Shown here piece after piece: positions 45,968 to 54,977 of a stretch of 64,000 nt of DNA. How positions within the stretch are numbered: the stretch's first letter is position 1; every line of letters starts with the position of its first letter. The notes under the pieces are model-generated. The model did not search any database and was not told the DNA's origin. It worked only from the letters and a program-made list of their open reading frames with translations. The stretch lies in the sequence record NC_017972.1. One strand, 5' to 3'. Position numbers and translations under genes: made by a program.

Positions 45968-46491
45968 TCCACCAGTTCCGCCAGCCGCATCATCGTGTGT
46001 TCTTTGCAGACTTTCCACACGTCTACGCCTTTCATAGAATCGCGGAATTCCATAAGCAGAACGCCCATCATATCCGCGCCCTTGCCTGCATCGTTCACGC
46101 CCCAGCCGCCTTTATCCCACTGCGCTAAATGGGACAGCTTTGTTTTGCCGGTTGCCAGCAGCGCCAGCAGACGCAGCGGGTTTTGCATATACGATTCTTT
46201 GATCATTCGACGCATCGTGTCGATACGTTTTACGTCGTGATCTTTGCGCTGTTTTCCCTTCGCTTTGTCTGAGCCATAATACTTGGCTTTGTACGGGTCG
46301 AAGGCGTTGAGGATTTTGCGGCGCAGTTCCTCTTCTGACTTCGCCAGTTTGAAATACTGGTAGCCGTGCTCAATCGATTTGAACGTGAGCTTTTTGTAGA
46401 TGAACGGCGCAGGCCACAGCGCGCTAAAGACTTCGTTCTGGTACGAATTGAACTGAATTACTTCAACGCTTTTTCTTGGACTTTTTGCCAC
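45964..46491 (-). CDS. ybiA: NADAR (YbiA-like) hydrolase
   Basis: FSALWPAPF...FKSIEHGYQYFK, LLATGKT.L, D..WG and G.dmMG.LLME.RD match the NADAR consensus. Confidence 0.85.
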   Translation of the reverse strand: MAKSPRKSVEVIQFNSYQNEVFSALWPAPFIYKKLTFKSIEHGYQYFKLAKSEEELRRKILNAFDPYKAKYYGSDKAKGKQRKDHDVKRIDTMRRMIKESYMQNPLRLLALLATGKTKLSHLAQWDKGGWGVNDAGKGADMMGVLLMEFRDSMKGVDVWKVCKEHTMMRLAELVE

Positions 46492-46630
46492 TAGGTTCTC
46501 CCTTAATCACGCTTTCAATTGCAGCGGATACGCTTGGGCTAAGTTTTACCAGCACAGGGCGCTTGCGCTTGCCCTGCTCGTCCAGTTCCCACACGGTTGT
46601 CCAGAGGCCTTGCGAATTAGGCACGATCAT
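46463..46630 (-). CDS. Small basic hypothetical protein (55 aa, not in ORF track)
   Basis: MIVPNSQGLWTTVWELDEQGKRKRPVLV...; fills the gap between 46617 and 46491. Confidence 0.45.
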   Translation of the reverse strand: MIVPNSQGLWTTVWELDEQGKRKRPVLVKLSPSVSAAIESVIKGEPSGKKSKKKR

Positions 46631-46835
46631 AAATTTCCAGCAGCACGAAATCGGCGTTGGAGTAATTCTTTTTCAGCGCTTCATCCAACGCTTCAAGTGC
46701 GTCGGCTTTTTCGCTGTAGTCGTTGGTCAAATCCAAATCGCGATTCGGCGTCATCATCACCGTTTCTTGTTTGGTGTAGTTTTCGTCCCAACGCCAATCC
46801 AGTTGGCGCCATTCGTAACGAACTTTAATTGCCAT
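46617..46835 (-). CDS. Hypothetical protein
   Basis: Start re-assigned to ATG 46835 (GAGGG RBS). Confidence 0.65.
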   Translation of the reverse strand: MAIKVRYEWRQLDWRWDENYTKQETVMMTPNRDLDLTNDYSEKADALEALDEALKKNYSNADFVLLEIYDRA

Positions 46836-46895
46836 TTTACTTGTACCCTCGGTTGAATTGAGCGAGTGCCGAAACACCCGCCCAATTTTTACGGT

Positions 46896-47459
46896 TTAAT
46901 CGCAGCCACCGCCACCGCCAGAATCACCGGAGCTGCCGGAATCACCACCACCGCCCCAGCCGCCAGAATCACGCGAAGGCGTATCGTAGGAATCCGACCG
47001 CGACGGACTGCACGAAGGCGCAGGCGTAGAGCGAACAGCAATTGGATCATCTGCAATAAGAGCAGGGTTAATGTGATAATCCCCGCTGTCATCACGACGG
47101 TCAGTGCGGCGACGAACTTCACCGGATTCAACACGCGCACCCATGCTTACAGGCAATTGCTTTTCTGGATATTGCGCACGGAGCGGTTCCCGCCGCCCCA
47201 TATTTTCCCGGTCCAGTTTTTCTTGCTTGTCGCGTTCTTTCCGCGCCATTTCCGCGTCGTAGAAATCCAGCGTAGGTTTCAACGCGGATTCAACACGCTG
47301 CAATTGGAGGCTCAGCTTCTGGCACAAAGACTCTTGCGCCTTTGCTTTAGCGGCCATAACAGCCGTATTGTCGTTAACGCGAACCAGCTCGTTAAACAGC
47401 AACTTGTATTTGCGGCGACCGAACAAAAAGTCGTACCAGCGCAATGGCAATTGACGCAT
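46896..47459 (-). CDS. Coiled-coil protein with Gly/Ser/Asp-rich C-terminal tail
   Basis: Ends SRDSGGWGGGGDSGSSGDSGGGGGCD. Confidence 0.7.
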   Translation of the reverse strand: MRQLPLRWYDFLFGRRKYKLLFNELVRVNDNTAVMAAKAKAQESLCQKLSLQLQRVESALKPTLDFYDAEMARKERDKQEKLDRENMGRREPLRAQYPEKQLPVSMGARVESGEVRRRTDRRDDSGDYHINPALIADDPIAVRSTPAPSCSPSRSDSYDTPSRDSGGWGGGGDSGSSGDSGGGGGCD

Positions 47460-47471
47460 GAAAAATCCCTT

Positions 47472-48323
47472 TTAGTAGTAGAGGGCTTGCAGCAGGTCGT
47501 CGTGCGAAACACCTTCGGAAGTGCTCAGGTGCTCAGCGAAGATTTTCGACCAGTTTTCAAACGTGACGTGCGGGTAAGCATCATGCAGCGCGGTAACGCG
47601 AACCGGATCAATGAAATCCAGATGTTTTTCGCGGTTGCCGATAGTGACGCCCGGTTTCAGTTTCATGCGCCACGCGAACGCCAGATGCAGACGGCCAACG
47701 TTGTCGCTGTTGTCGAAAATCAAACCTTCAAAATGCACGGAGGCCATGCGGGCCAGATCATGCGCGGTGCCGATCAGAATTTCTTTATCGGTGCCTTCGT
47801 TGAGATAGGCCTCGAATTTCAGACCGTCAATGTAGAAGGACATTTCCTCGAAAGCTTCGCGATAAATGTTATTGATCGCGGTAGCAATTGGGTCGATGAT
47901 CGAAGTCGGACGGCCTTGAGCGTCGATAACTTTTTCGATATCAACCAAATCGCAGTGACCGCCCGGAGCAATGGAGCCACGGCCTTTCAGATCGGATTCA
48001 CCGGAGCCTTCACGCGAACGCATGTACGGGTAGATTTCACCGTCTGCATTTTCGACTACGAAATAGTTGAGCCACTGCGCATAATCGCGGTTGCCTTTGA
48101 ACGATTCGCCCCAGTTGAAAGCTTCGTCCAAATCTTGGCGCTGGCCGATAACCAGCGCGTGCTGCACGTAGCGCACCAGACGCATGAAATCTACGTACAG
48201 GAAACCGGACGGATTAGGCGAACCCATTGCGGTGAAAGCATCACGCAGCGCGGTACGGCGGATAGCCAGAATCGACTCAGGATATTTGACTTCGGCAGGT
48301 TCAAACTTGAATGGCTTGTACAC
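47472..48323 (-). CDS. Nudix-fold phosphoesterase (COG4112-like)
   Basis: Y.RS..GSGES.L.GR.SI..GGH motif. Confidence 0.7.
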   Translation of the reverse strand: MYKPFKFEPAEVKYPESILAIRRTALRDAFTAMGSPNPSGFLYVDFMRLVRYVQHALVIGQRQDLDEAFNWGESFKGNRDYAQWLNYFVVENADGEIYPYMRSREGSGESDLKGRGSIAPGGHCDLVDIEKVIDAQGRPTSIIDPIATAINNIYREAFEEMSFYIDGLKFEAYLNEGTDKEILIGTAHDLARMASVHFEGLIFDNSDNVGRLHLAFAWRMKLKPGVTIGNREKHLDFIDPVRVTALHDAYPHVTFENWSKIFAEHLSTSEGVSHDDLLQALYY

Positions 48324-48370
48324 GTTTACTTCCTTTCAATGTAGAGGCACACCATTGCACCTCTACTTCC

Positions 48371-48381
48371 TATTTACAGTT
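48371..48381 (-). promoter_or_regulatory. AACTGTAAATA motif, copy 6
   Basis: Intergenic, directly after the 48383 stop and 47 bp before the GTG at 48323. Confidence 0.65.
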
Positions 48382-48382
48382 T

Positions 48383-48916
48383 TTACGACAGGCAGCTAAA
48401 GCCGTGCGAATGCAGGCGCGGATCATGCGCCAGAATCATGCTGGCCGACACATGGCGCAGCACAATCGAGCGCGACGAATTGATAACGTCAGCCAGATTG
48501 CGGTCACAGCAAACCAGCGATTGCGGATTGCCGTTAACCGGCAGCGACGGAATGATTTTGAACACGTTGAGCAGATCGGCGTAAACGCGGATTTGTTTGT
48601 TCGGGTTTTCTTCTGCGCATTGGCGAATCAGCTTAGCCATTGCAACAGCGTTACCGAGTTCGACAGTCAGGAACTGCACGTTGGTGTCGTATTCCTGAAA
48701 ACGTGCGACGTAGGCTTCCGGCGAACCACAGAACAGCGCCATGCGGCGATGCAAATCTTGCTCGGTCATTTCGTCGTTGAAGAACAGGAAAATCGTGTCT
48801 TCGTTACGACCAGCAAAACGGATAACGTCAGCCAGCAAACTCAGCATGACTGTATCGGTAGCGCCTACACCAACGCCGCATTTGCCGACAACCACATCAG
48901 GAAAAACCGGTTTCAT
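48383..48916 (-). CDS. Hypothetical protein
   Basis: 177 aa, TAA ATG coupling. Confidence 0.7.
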   Translation of the reverse strand: MKPVFPDVVVGKCGVGVGATDTVMLSLLADVIRFAGRNEDTIFLFFNDEMTEQDLHRRMALFCGSPEAYVARFQEYDTNVQFLTVELGNAVAMAKLIRQCAEENPNKQIRVYADLLNVFKIIPSLPVNGNPQSLVCCDRNLADVINSSRSIVLRHVSASMILAHDPRLHSHGFSCLS

Positions 48917-49351
48917 TTATTCTTGCTCCATTTCGTCAACGAAAATAGACACGACGTTAACGCGCTCGTCGCGCATGATACGCCGGACAAAATCGCTTTT
49001 GACTTTGATCGGCAGGCCGAAATTGGAATCGCTGAATTCGCCTACGGCTTCCTCGTATTCAAACAGTTCAGGCGTAACGAACGCGATATGCACGCGGCGC
49101 TGTTCGAGAATCGCTTTTTCCAGCCATTCATCGATAGCGGTAACGCCTTTGCAGATATGGCAACCGTCTGCAACGCGCACAAGGGATTCGCCTTTGTCGG
49201 AGTGGCATTTGAAAGCGAGGATTTCGTCTGCACCCTGCACGATCAAAACCGTTTCGTTTAAATCGTCACGGCTACCGATGATGCGACCGATATACAGGTC
49301 GCGGATAGTGGCACGCCTTGCGTTGGAAATAACGTTGTAAGTTTTGAACAT
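48917..49351 (-). CDS. Hypothetical protein
   Basis: 144 aa, TAATG coupling. Confidence 0.7.
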   Translation of the reverse strand: MFKTYNVISNARRATIRDLYIGRIIGSRDDLNETVLIVQGADEILAFKCHSDKGESLVRVADGCHICKGVTAIDEWLEKAILEQRRVHIAFVTPELFEYEEAVGEFSDSNFGLPIKVKSDFVRRIMRDERVNVVSIFVDEMEQE

Positions 49352-50037
49352 TACAATTCTCCCATCTGCTCACGCAGCTTCGTGATAAATGCCATCGCGT
49401 CATTGTCGGTCAGGAATACCATACGGCGGTGCTGCTTACCGATGAACAACATTTGCGAAGGCTGGCGCTGGTTCGGGTCAATTTCGTTTACCGCAATTAC
49501 CCATGCGTGGTGCGAGCCGTCGCGCTTTTTCGCGTTGTACGGTTTGAGGATTGGGAATGCCGCGTTGCTCAATTCCCGGCCACGTCTTGCGGCCTCAACC
49601 AGCGCGTCCGCTTGGATTGTGGTATGCGGGGTTTTCCCTGCGATTACATCCTCACGCTGCACGCGCAATTTGTACTGGCGCGCTTGGGCTTCTTTAGCAT
49701 CTTTGTCGCGCTTCGCTTCGATTGCCGTTTTATCGTTGGAAATTTCCGCTTCCAATTCGTCGGCCATTTTGGTCCCAGCGAACATACCGGAAGTGACCAG
49801 CGCTTGGCGGGCCTTCATCGCCACGATTGGATTAGCTTTCAGCTTGGCAGCAGGCACCAGATCAAAGATGCCAGACAGCGCGACTTCGGCGTTTACGCGC
49901 AGCTCGGAATGTTCGTCTGCTTTGTTCTGCAAACCACGGGTAGCCCGGTCTACAATTCGCGCCAGCAGGCTAGGGTTATCTTGCACTGCCTTTTCAACCA
50001 TCAGCAGCAGCGCTTCGATTTGATCAAAATCTCTCAT
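49351..50037 (-). CDS. Hypothetical protein
   Basis: Start re-assigned to ATG 50037 (ATGA overlap). Confidence 0.7.
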   Translation of the reverse strand: MRDFDQIEALLLMVEKAVQDNPSLLARIVDRATRGLQNKADEHSELRVNAEVALSGIFDLVPAAKLKANPIVAMKARQALVTSGMFAGTKMADELEAEISNDKTAIEAKRDKDAKEAQARQYKLRVQREDVIAGKTPHTTIQADALVEAARRGRELSNAAFPILKPYNAKKRDGSHHAWVIAVNEIDPNQRQPSQMLFIGKQHRRMVFLTDNDAMAFITKLREQMGEL

Positions 50038-50396
50038 GCTTTTTCTTGTTCCTTGCACCATTCGTTGAATTGCTGCCACGCGATTTTACGGCCCTTGAAA
50101 TCTGCAAAGCGTTCGATTGCTTTGTCGAAGTGCTGGCGCGCTGCTTTCTCGATTTGCGCATCCAGATTTTTCACGTAGGCGCCAGAGTCCCAAAGCTCGT
50201 TAAGCTTTTGCTCCACAGCTTCGCGAATCAGCAAATGGCCTGCACCCTCGACACCGCCCCATTGCTTGCCAAAGGCGCAGCCAGCGTTGAAAAACACATT
50301 GAGCGAATTGCGCACCACAGAACTTTGTACGTCAGCGGCTGCATCGAAAATGCGCTTCTCGATTTCGGTAGTGCTGATTTTAACTTTGATTTCCAC
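50034..50396 (-). CDS. Hypothetical protein
   Basis: 120 aa, abuts the upstream stop. Confidence 0.7.
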   Translation of the reverse strand: MEIKVKISTTEIEKRIFDAAADVQSSVVRNSLNVFFNAGCAFGKQWGGVEGAGHLLIREAVEQKLNELWDSGAYVKNLDAQIEKAARQHFDKAIERFADFKGRKIAWQQFNEWCKEQEKA

Positions 50397-50744
50397 TTAG
50401 CTTTCCTTGTTCTTGGTTTTGTGTTCGTCCAGCAGATTCCACAGGTCTTGGAAATCGGAATCTTGCTGCGCCACGCGACATTTCATAATGGCATTCAGGA
50501 CCACGCCAGAATCCACATCACTCAGGTATTTGAACAGCGCCACTTGCAAACGATGCAGGCCGTTCGCTTTTACGCCGAAACGCTTTACCCATTCGTCACG
50601 TTCGTTTTCACGGGCAGACGCATAGTGATTGTCACCCGTGGCGTTTGCGCGTGGCCCGTTGCTGCGCTTTGGCTTGGTGGGCGTTTTCGTTACCTCGCCT
50701 TTTTCAGCAAGGAAAGTATCAAGGGTTTTTGGCGTTTTGGTCAT
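50397..50744 (-). CDS. Hypothetical protein
   Basis: 115 aa, GAGG RBS. Confidence 0.7.
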   Translation of the reverse strand: MTKTPKTLDTFLAEKGEVTKTPTKPKRSNGPRANATGDNHYASARENERDEWVKRFGVKANGLHRLQVALFKYLSDVDSGVVLNAIMKCRVAQQDSDFQDLWNLLDEHKTKNKES

Positions 50745-51246
50745 TTTTGATTTCCTCGTCTTTCTTCTCTTCTTTTTTCGGCAGGCCCGGATTCGCGATG
50801 GTCATAGACTTCGGCGTAAACTGGGAGCCGAACCGGCATTTCGTGTAGATGCGCTCCAGCGCCATATCGGCAGGCGTCTGGCCGTTGTAACCCTTGCGGC
50901 CAAATTTCCGTTCCATCCGATCCAGATCGACCTTGTAAGAAATGCTGGATTCCCGCAGGAACAACGCGCCAACCATTGCGTCTTTCCATTGCTGCTTTGC
51001 CGTGTTGTGTTTCGCCGCGTTGGCTTCGTTGTAGAAACCCCACGCCATGCGCTGCGCCACGTCGTCAAGGTCGATCAATTTACGGTCGGCAGGTTTCAGG
51101 TCCAGATACTGGTTGCCCACTTCCATACCGATTTGATACATACGCCCGCAAATGTTGTCGTCCAGCGTATAGGTCACGTCGGTTGTAACCACGTCGGCAT
51201 TTGCCAGCACAGGAACAAACAGCAGAGACAGCAGAATCTTTTTCAT
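50719..51246 (-). CDS. Secreted hypothetical protein
   Basis: Start re-assigned to ATG 51246. Signal peptide MKKILLSLLFVPVLANA. Confidence 0.7.
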   Translation of the reverse strand: MKKILLSLLFVPVLANADVVTTDVTYTLDDNICGRMYQIGMEVGNQYLDLKPADRKLIDLDDVAQRMAWGFYNEANAAKHNTAKQQWKDAMVGALFLRESSISYKVDLDRMERKFGRKGYNGQTPADMALERIYTKCRFGSQFTPKSMTIANPGLPKKEEKKDEEIKNDQNAKNP

Positions 51247-52019
51247 TTCAGTTTTACATCCTTGGATGGCATCAGCACATAAACGGAAGTCGAGCCAGCG
51301 CACGGAGGCACGGCGAATTCGCTTTCGTACTGGTAGGTTTCTCGCGCAGGCACCAGCGTATAAGGCCCGGTCATGAAGTTGTAGCCGTCGAGCTGCACCC
51401 GATGATCAACGTTGAAAGCGGGCGCTTCTTTTTCGATAGAAATGCCGCCTTCAATCGCGTTACGAATCGCCGGGAAATTGTTGTCCATAACGCGGGTCGT
51501 GCTGCCGCCGTATTTGCCGTTAATGACGCGGAAATTATCGCGTGCCAAAAACACATAGCGGCGGACGACTTCGTGTTTCTTGTGGCCTTCGTCGTCATCC
51601 TCGGGCATGATTTCGTCCAGCGCACACCACAGCGCCACGTCCATCGAGCCAATGCCCTTGTACCGCGACAGCTTGTAATCGCAGACGATATGAATGTAAT
51701 CAGGCAGGTTGAAATGCCCGCGTGTTTCGTGTGCGAAGTGGATAGCGCACAACGCCGATTTGAGCAATTCCAAATCCGGCTCATTTACGTCGAGGTCCAC
51801 GGTCTGCCAATAAATATCAGCGTGGTTTACCTCTTTGAAACTGACCGTGAATTTGTAATCGCTGTAGGCGAAGCAAACGCACTCGGTTTCGAGGATGTTG
51901 CCGCCGAACGCTTCGCCTTGGCCGTGGGTGAAAGGCACGACGTAGCTATGCAGATAATGCACAATCATATCGACACAGCTTTGCACTTTTTCGTTATTCA
52001 TTTTCAGCATTGGGAACAA
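51243..52019 (-). CDS. Hypothetical protein
   Basis: 258 aa, GAGG RBS. Confidence 0.7.
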   Translation of the reverse strand: MFPMLKMNNEKVQSCVDMIVHYLHSYVVPFTHGQGEAFGGNILETECVCFAYSDYKFTVSFKEVNHADIYWQTVDLDVNEPDLELLKSALCAIHFAHETRGHFNLPDYIHIVCDYKLSRYKGIGSMDVALWCALDEIMPEDDDEGHKKHEVVRRYVFLARDNFRVINGKYGGSTTRVMDNNFPAIRNAIEGGISIEKEAPAFNVDHRVQLDGYNFMTGPYTLVPARETYQYESEFAVPPCAGSTSVYVLMPSKDVKLK

Positions 52020-52806
52020 TCCTCGGTACTTGCACCAGATAGAAAATTTCTTTTGGTTTTGCCAGCGTTGCTTTCAAGTCAACGCCCAGCTTTCGCAGAT
52101 TGCCTTCGTCGCCCGGTGCCAGAATGGAACTGACTTCGGTGCGGTAAAGCTTTGCGGTGAATTCCGGCATCGGCACACGGAAGCCGCTGTAGCCGTCCCA
52201 CAGGTGCGGAACAAACGGCAATTCTCGCGTAGCCAATCGGCGGTTGATCTTGTAGCGCTCTTCCAGATAGCGCGGGCGTTTATAGCCGTCCACGTCATAC
52301 GGCGGCGCGTAGCGCTTTGCCAGCCCGTGGTCGTCATGCAGCTGGATATAATCGGAGCGCTTATGGTTGATCGAATCGAGCCGATAAAACAGCGTCATAC
52401 CGACCGATTCTTTTCCGGTGTCGCCGAACGTGTGGTTAAGCGCGTCCGGTTTCATTGCGCACACCAGCTCTTCGCGATTGTGGTAGCAGTCACACCAGAG
52501 CAGCAATTCTTTAGCCACGCAAATAAACACATTCAACAAACGGAAATGTTCTACACGCCCGGTTGCGGTCTTTGCGTACTGGCGCGCTGCGCATTTCTTG
52601 TTGAGCGTTACCTTGTCGTCCATCCACGTTTCGTCAACGTTGGCGTAGAGGGTAAAACCATGTTTGCGCATTGCAATACGCATGGCGGTTGCGCCCAGTG
52701 TGAAAACGCCGTCGCTTTCACTGAATGGAATATCCACAGTGCGCAGGCGTTTGCGCAGATATTCCATGTACGGCTCGCCCCATGCAGATTCGCGTGGCCC
52801 ATTCAT
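51994..52806 (-). CDS. Hypothetical protein
   Basis: 270 aa, TAATG coupling. Confidence 0.7.
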   Translation of the reverse strand: MNGPRESAWGEPYMEYLRKRLRTVDIPFSESDGVFTLGATAMRIAMRKHGFTLYANVDETWMDDKVTLNKKCAARQYAKTATGRVEHFRLLNVFICVAKELLLWCDCYHNREELVCAMKPDALNHTFGDTGKESVGMTLFYRLDSINHKRSDYIQLHDDHGLAKRYAPPYDVDGYKRPRYLEERYKINRRLATRELPFVPHLWDGYSGFRVPMPEFTAKLYRTEVSSILAPGDEGNLRKLGVDLKATLAKPKEIFYLVQVPRIVPNAENE

Positions 52807-53894
52807 TACTTCGCTTCCTTGTGTTCGATGCCCAGCAGCGAAAGAATGCCGCTGTAAAAATCAGGGAATTCGCCCGGCATGTTACAGGCCAAAACGGTAT
52901 TGAAATTGTCAACGTGGTGGAAACGCGCAGACAACGCGAAACCTTCGCCTTCAACGTCACCGACTTTGAAAACAGTCATTGTTACGTGGACGCCTTTGTT
53001 ACTTTTCCGGCGCAGCATGAAAGTGGTGCCGCTACGGTCGCGCAGAATCTCCAGCTCTTCGTTGTCGAGCATTTGATTCATGACTTTGTGGACGGCGCCA
53101 ACGTTGCCGAAAAACATTGCCGGGTCTTGCAGATCAATCCACGCATTTACATATGCGTAGAACGCAGGCATTTCGTTATAGCTGCGCGTGAAGCGGGCAA
53201 TCTCGCCGCCGTCGTATTTGCAGGTCATGCCTGCCGCGTCTACGACGATGCAAAGATTATTCTTTCTGCCGGTAATGTAGACTTCGGTTTTCCACGTAGT
53301 AGGTTCAAACTTCACCTCAAAGCGCATACCCGCCTCGGAGGCAGAACGCCACAAACCGAACTCGATTTCCCAAATGTGGGTATCGTGCTCGCTCCAATCA
53401 AAATGCGCTTCGTGTCGTCGGAAATACCGGGCAGCAGCCATATCGTTGAAGTGCGTAGCGCAGGCACGGCGCAGCTCATGCGTATCACTCAGCAACGCGC
53501 TGTCTGCCAGCGTGATATATTCGCCCAATTGCGTCGGATTTTCGTCCGGGTTTTTGTGAACGCGCAGGCCGTGGCCGACAGAAAGGCTTTCGATTTTTCC
53601 GGTGAGCAAATCCACGACTTTATCGCGGTTCAAACCAAAGAACGGAATGCAGCTTACTTGCCCGTTGTAGCCAGCCGGGAAATCTTCACGCGCCGCAACG
53701 TGATTCCACAATGCCTTGTTAAGAACTTTCGGATCATAACGCAGGCTTTTCGATTCCGCCGGATCGCGCAGAGACAGGCGACCAAAGATCGAACGGATAT
53801 ACAAACCGGCGCCGTCGAATACCGCGACTTCAAAAGCTGGGCGGTCGTGCTCGCCGCAGTAATCAACGTTGAAAGCTTTGTCGAAATGGGTCAC
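52806..53894 (-). CDS. Hypothetical protein
   Basis: Start re-assigned to GTG 53894 (GAGG upstream). Confidence 0.7.
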   Translation of the reverse strand: MTHFDKAFNVDYCGEHDRPAFEVAVFDGAGLYIRSIFGRLSLRDPAESKSLRYDPKVLNKALWNHVAAREDFPAGYNGQVSCIPFFGLNRDKVVDLLTGKIESLSVGHGLRVHKNPDENPTQLGEYITLADSALLSDTHELRRACATHFNDMAAARYFRRHEAHFDWSEHDTHIWEIEFGLWRSASEAGMRFEVKFEPTTWKTEVYITGRKNNLCIVVDAAGMTCKYDGGEIARFTRSYNEMPAFYAYVNAWIDLQDPAMFFGNVGAVHKVMNQMLDNEELEILRDRSGTTFMLRRKSNKGVHVTMTVFKVGDVEGEGFALSARFHHVDNFNTVLACNMPGEFPDFYSGILSLLGIEHKEAK

Positions 53895-53898
53895 GAAA

Positions 53899-54243
53899 TT
53901 ATTCCTCTTCTTCCTGTTTTCTTTTGCGGTGATCGTCCACAAAACGCTCGCGCATTTCCATAGCTTCGATCAGTTTAGTTTCGTAGTTGCGCTCGTATGT
54001 GTTCTGGTTGCCGATGTAAATAATCACTGGTCGGCGTGCGCCCGGATCGCATACCGCAAAACGGTGTTTCGTTTGATTGCCGTCCTGCACGGTGTAATGG
54101 GTGATCCCCACAACATCGCATGACAATTTGTTTGACCGCGCTTGCGTTTCGGTTTCGCGCAGTTTGTGCCGCGCTCGCGTTTTCCGCTGGGGCACGGCGG
54201 CGGGAATGTCCTTACCGCCTTTGGGTTTCTTTTGCGTGTTCAT
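53899..54243 (-). CDS. Basic hypothetical protein
   Basis: 114 aa, TAATG coupling. Confidence 0.7.
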   Translation of the reverse strand: MNTQKKPKGGKDIPAAVPQRKTRARHKLRETETQARSNKLSCDVVGITHYTVQDGNQTKHRFAVCDPGARRPVIIYIGNQNTYERNYETKLIEAMEMRERFVDDHRKRKQEEEE

Positions 54244-54899
54244 TAGGCCACGTACAACGCAACAGGCGGCACATTGGAACCAATCACCGCTGTAAGCGTC
54301 CCTGTGAGGTCTAGGCGATGCAAACGCCCTTCATCGATCAGCTGCACGCCACACGCCAACAAACGATTCCTAAGCGCGTCTAGGGCCTCCTGTGAGGTCG
54401 CCAGATACACGCACGCGCCCGGTGCGAATTCGTGGAAGCGGTAAACGTCGCCGTCAATCTCCAGCGCGGTGCGGCGCATGTCCAGCGTCAGGACTGGCCC
54501 CGGCTTTGCGACGTAAACGAATCGACGACTGACCGGCACTTCGTCCATGTCAACGCCAAAAGTTTCTTTGATCGCTTTCAGCTTTTGCGTGGAAATTCCA
54601 GCGCGACCGAGAACCCAAGCGCGGAAAGTTTCCGGCTTTGCGATTTCGTAGATTTTCGCGCCGTGCAAACGCTCCAACTCCAGAACGTGGTAGGAATACA
54701 GCGCGTTGCGCCATTCCTTCAAAAACGAATCGGAACGGCTGATTGCTCGCATTTGTTCGTAGGTGGGGAAATACAGGCCAGACGCGAAGGCACGCATTGC
54801 AGATTGCGCGTGGACATAATCCACATTGAGCGCACGGGCGTAACCTTCCACGACATTTCGGTTTTCCGCCAGCGCGCTAACCGATACGTTAAACATCAT
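54243..54899 (-). CDS. Protein with two Cro/C1-like HTH-type segments
   Basis: SAMRAFASGLYFPTYEQMRAI and ETFRAWVLGRAGISTQKLKAIKETFGV. Confidence 0.55.
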   Translation of the reverse strand: MMFNVSVSALAENRNVVEGYARALNVDYVHAQSAMRAFASGLYFPTYEQMRAISRSDSFLKEWRNALYSYHVLELERLHGAKIYEIAKPETFRAWVLGRAGISTQKLKAIKETFGVDMDEVPVSRRFVYVAKPGPVLTLDMRRTALEIDGDVYRFHEFAPGACVYLATSQEALDALRNRLLACGVQLIDEGRLHRLDLTGTLTAVIGSNVPPVALYVA

Positions 54900-54946
54900 T
54901 CTTATTCCCTTAGAGTAGCGACTACGTTCTGCTACTGGTGTGCGGA

Positions 54947-54968
54947 AAGCGGGGCGCGAACCCCGCTT
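54947..54968 (-). terminator. Stem-loop (weak terminator or RNA-stability hairpin)
   Basis: AAGCGGGG-6nt-CCCCGCTT right after the 54978 stop. Confidence 0.6.
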
Positions 54969-54977
54969 ATTTTGTAT

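Noticed and set aside
54930-54975. tRNA-like T-arm (GGGGTTCGCGCCCC ... ACCA on the - strand)
   Set aside because: No A58, a 6-nt loop, and no matching acceptor, D or anticodon arms. Better explained as a terminator-like hairpin.
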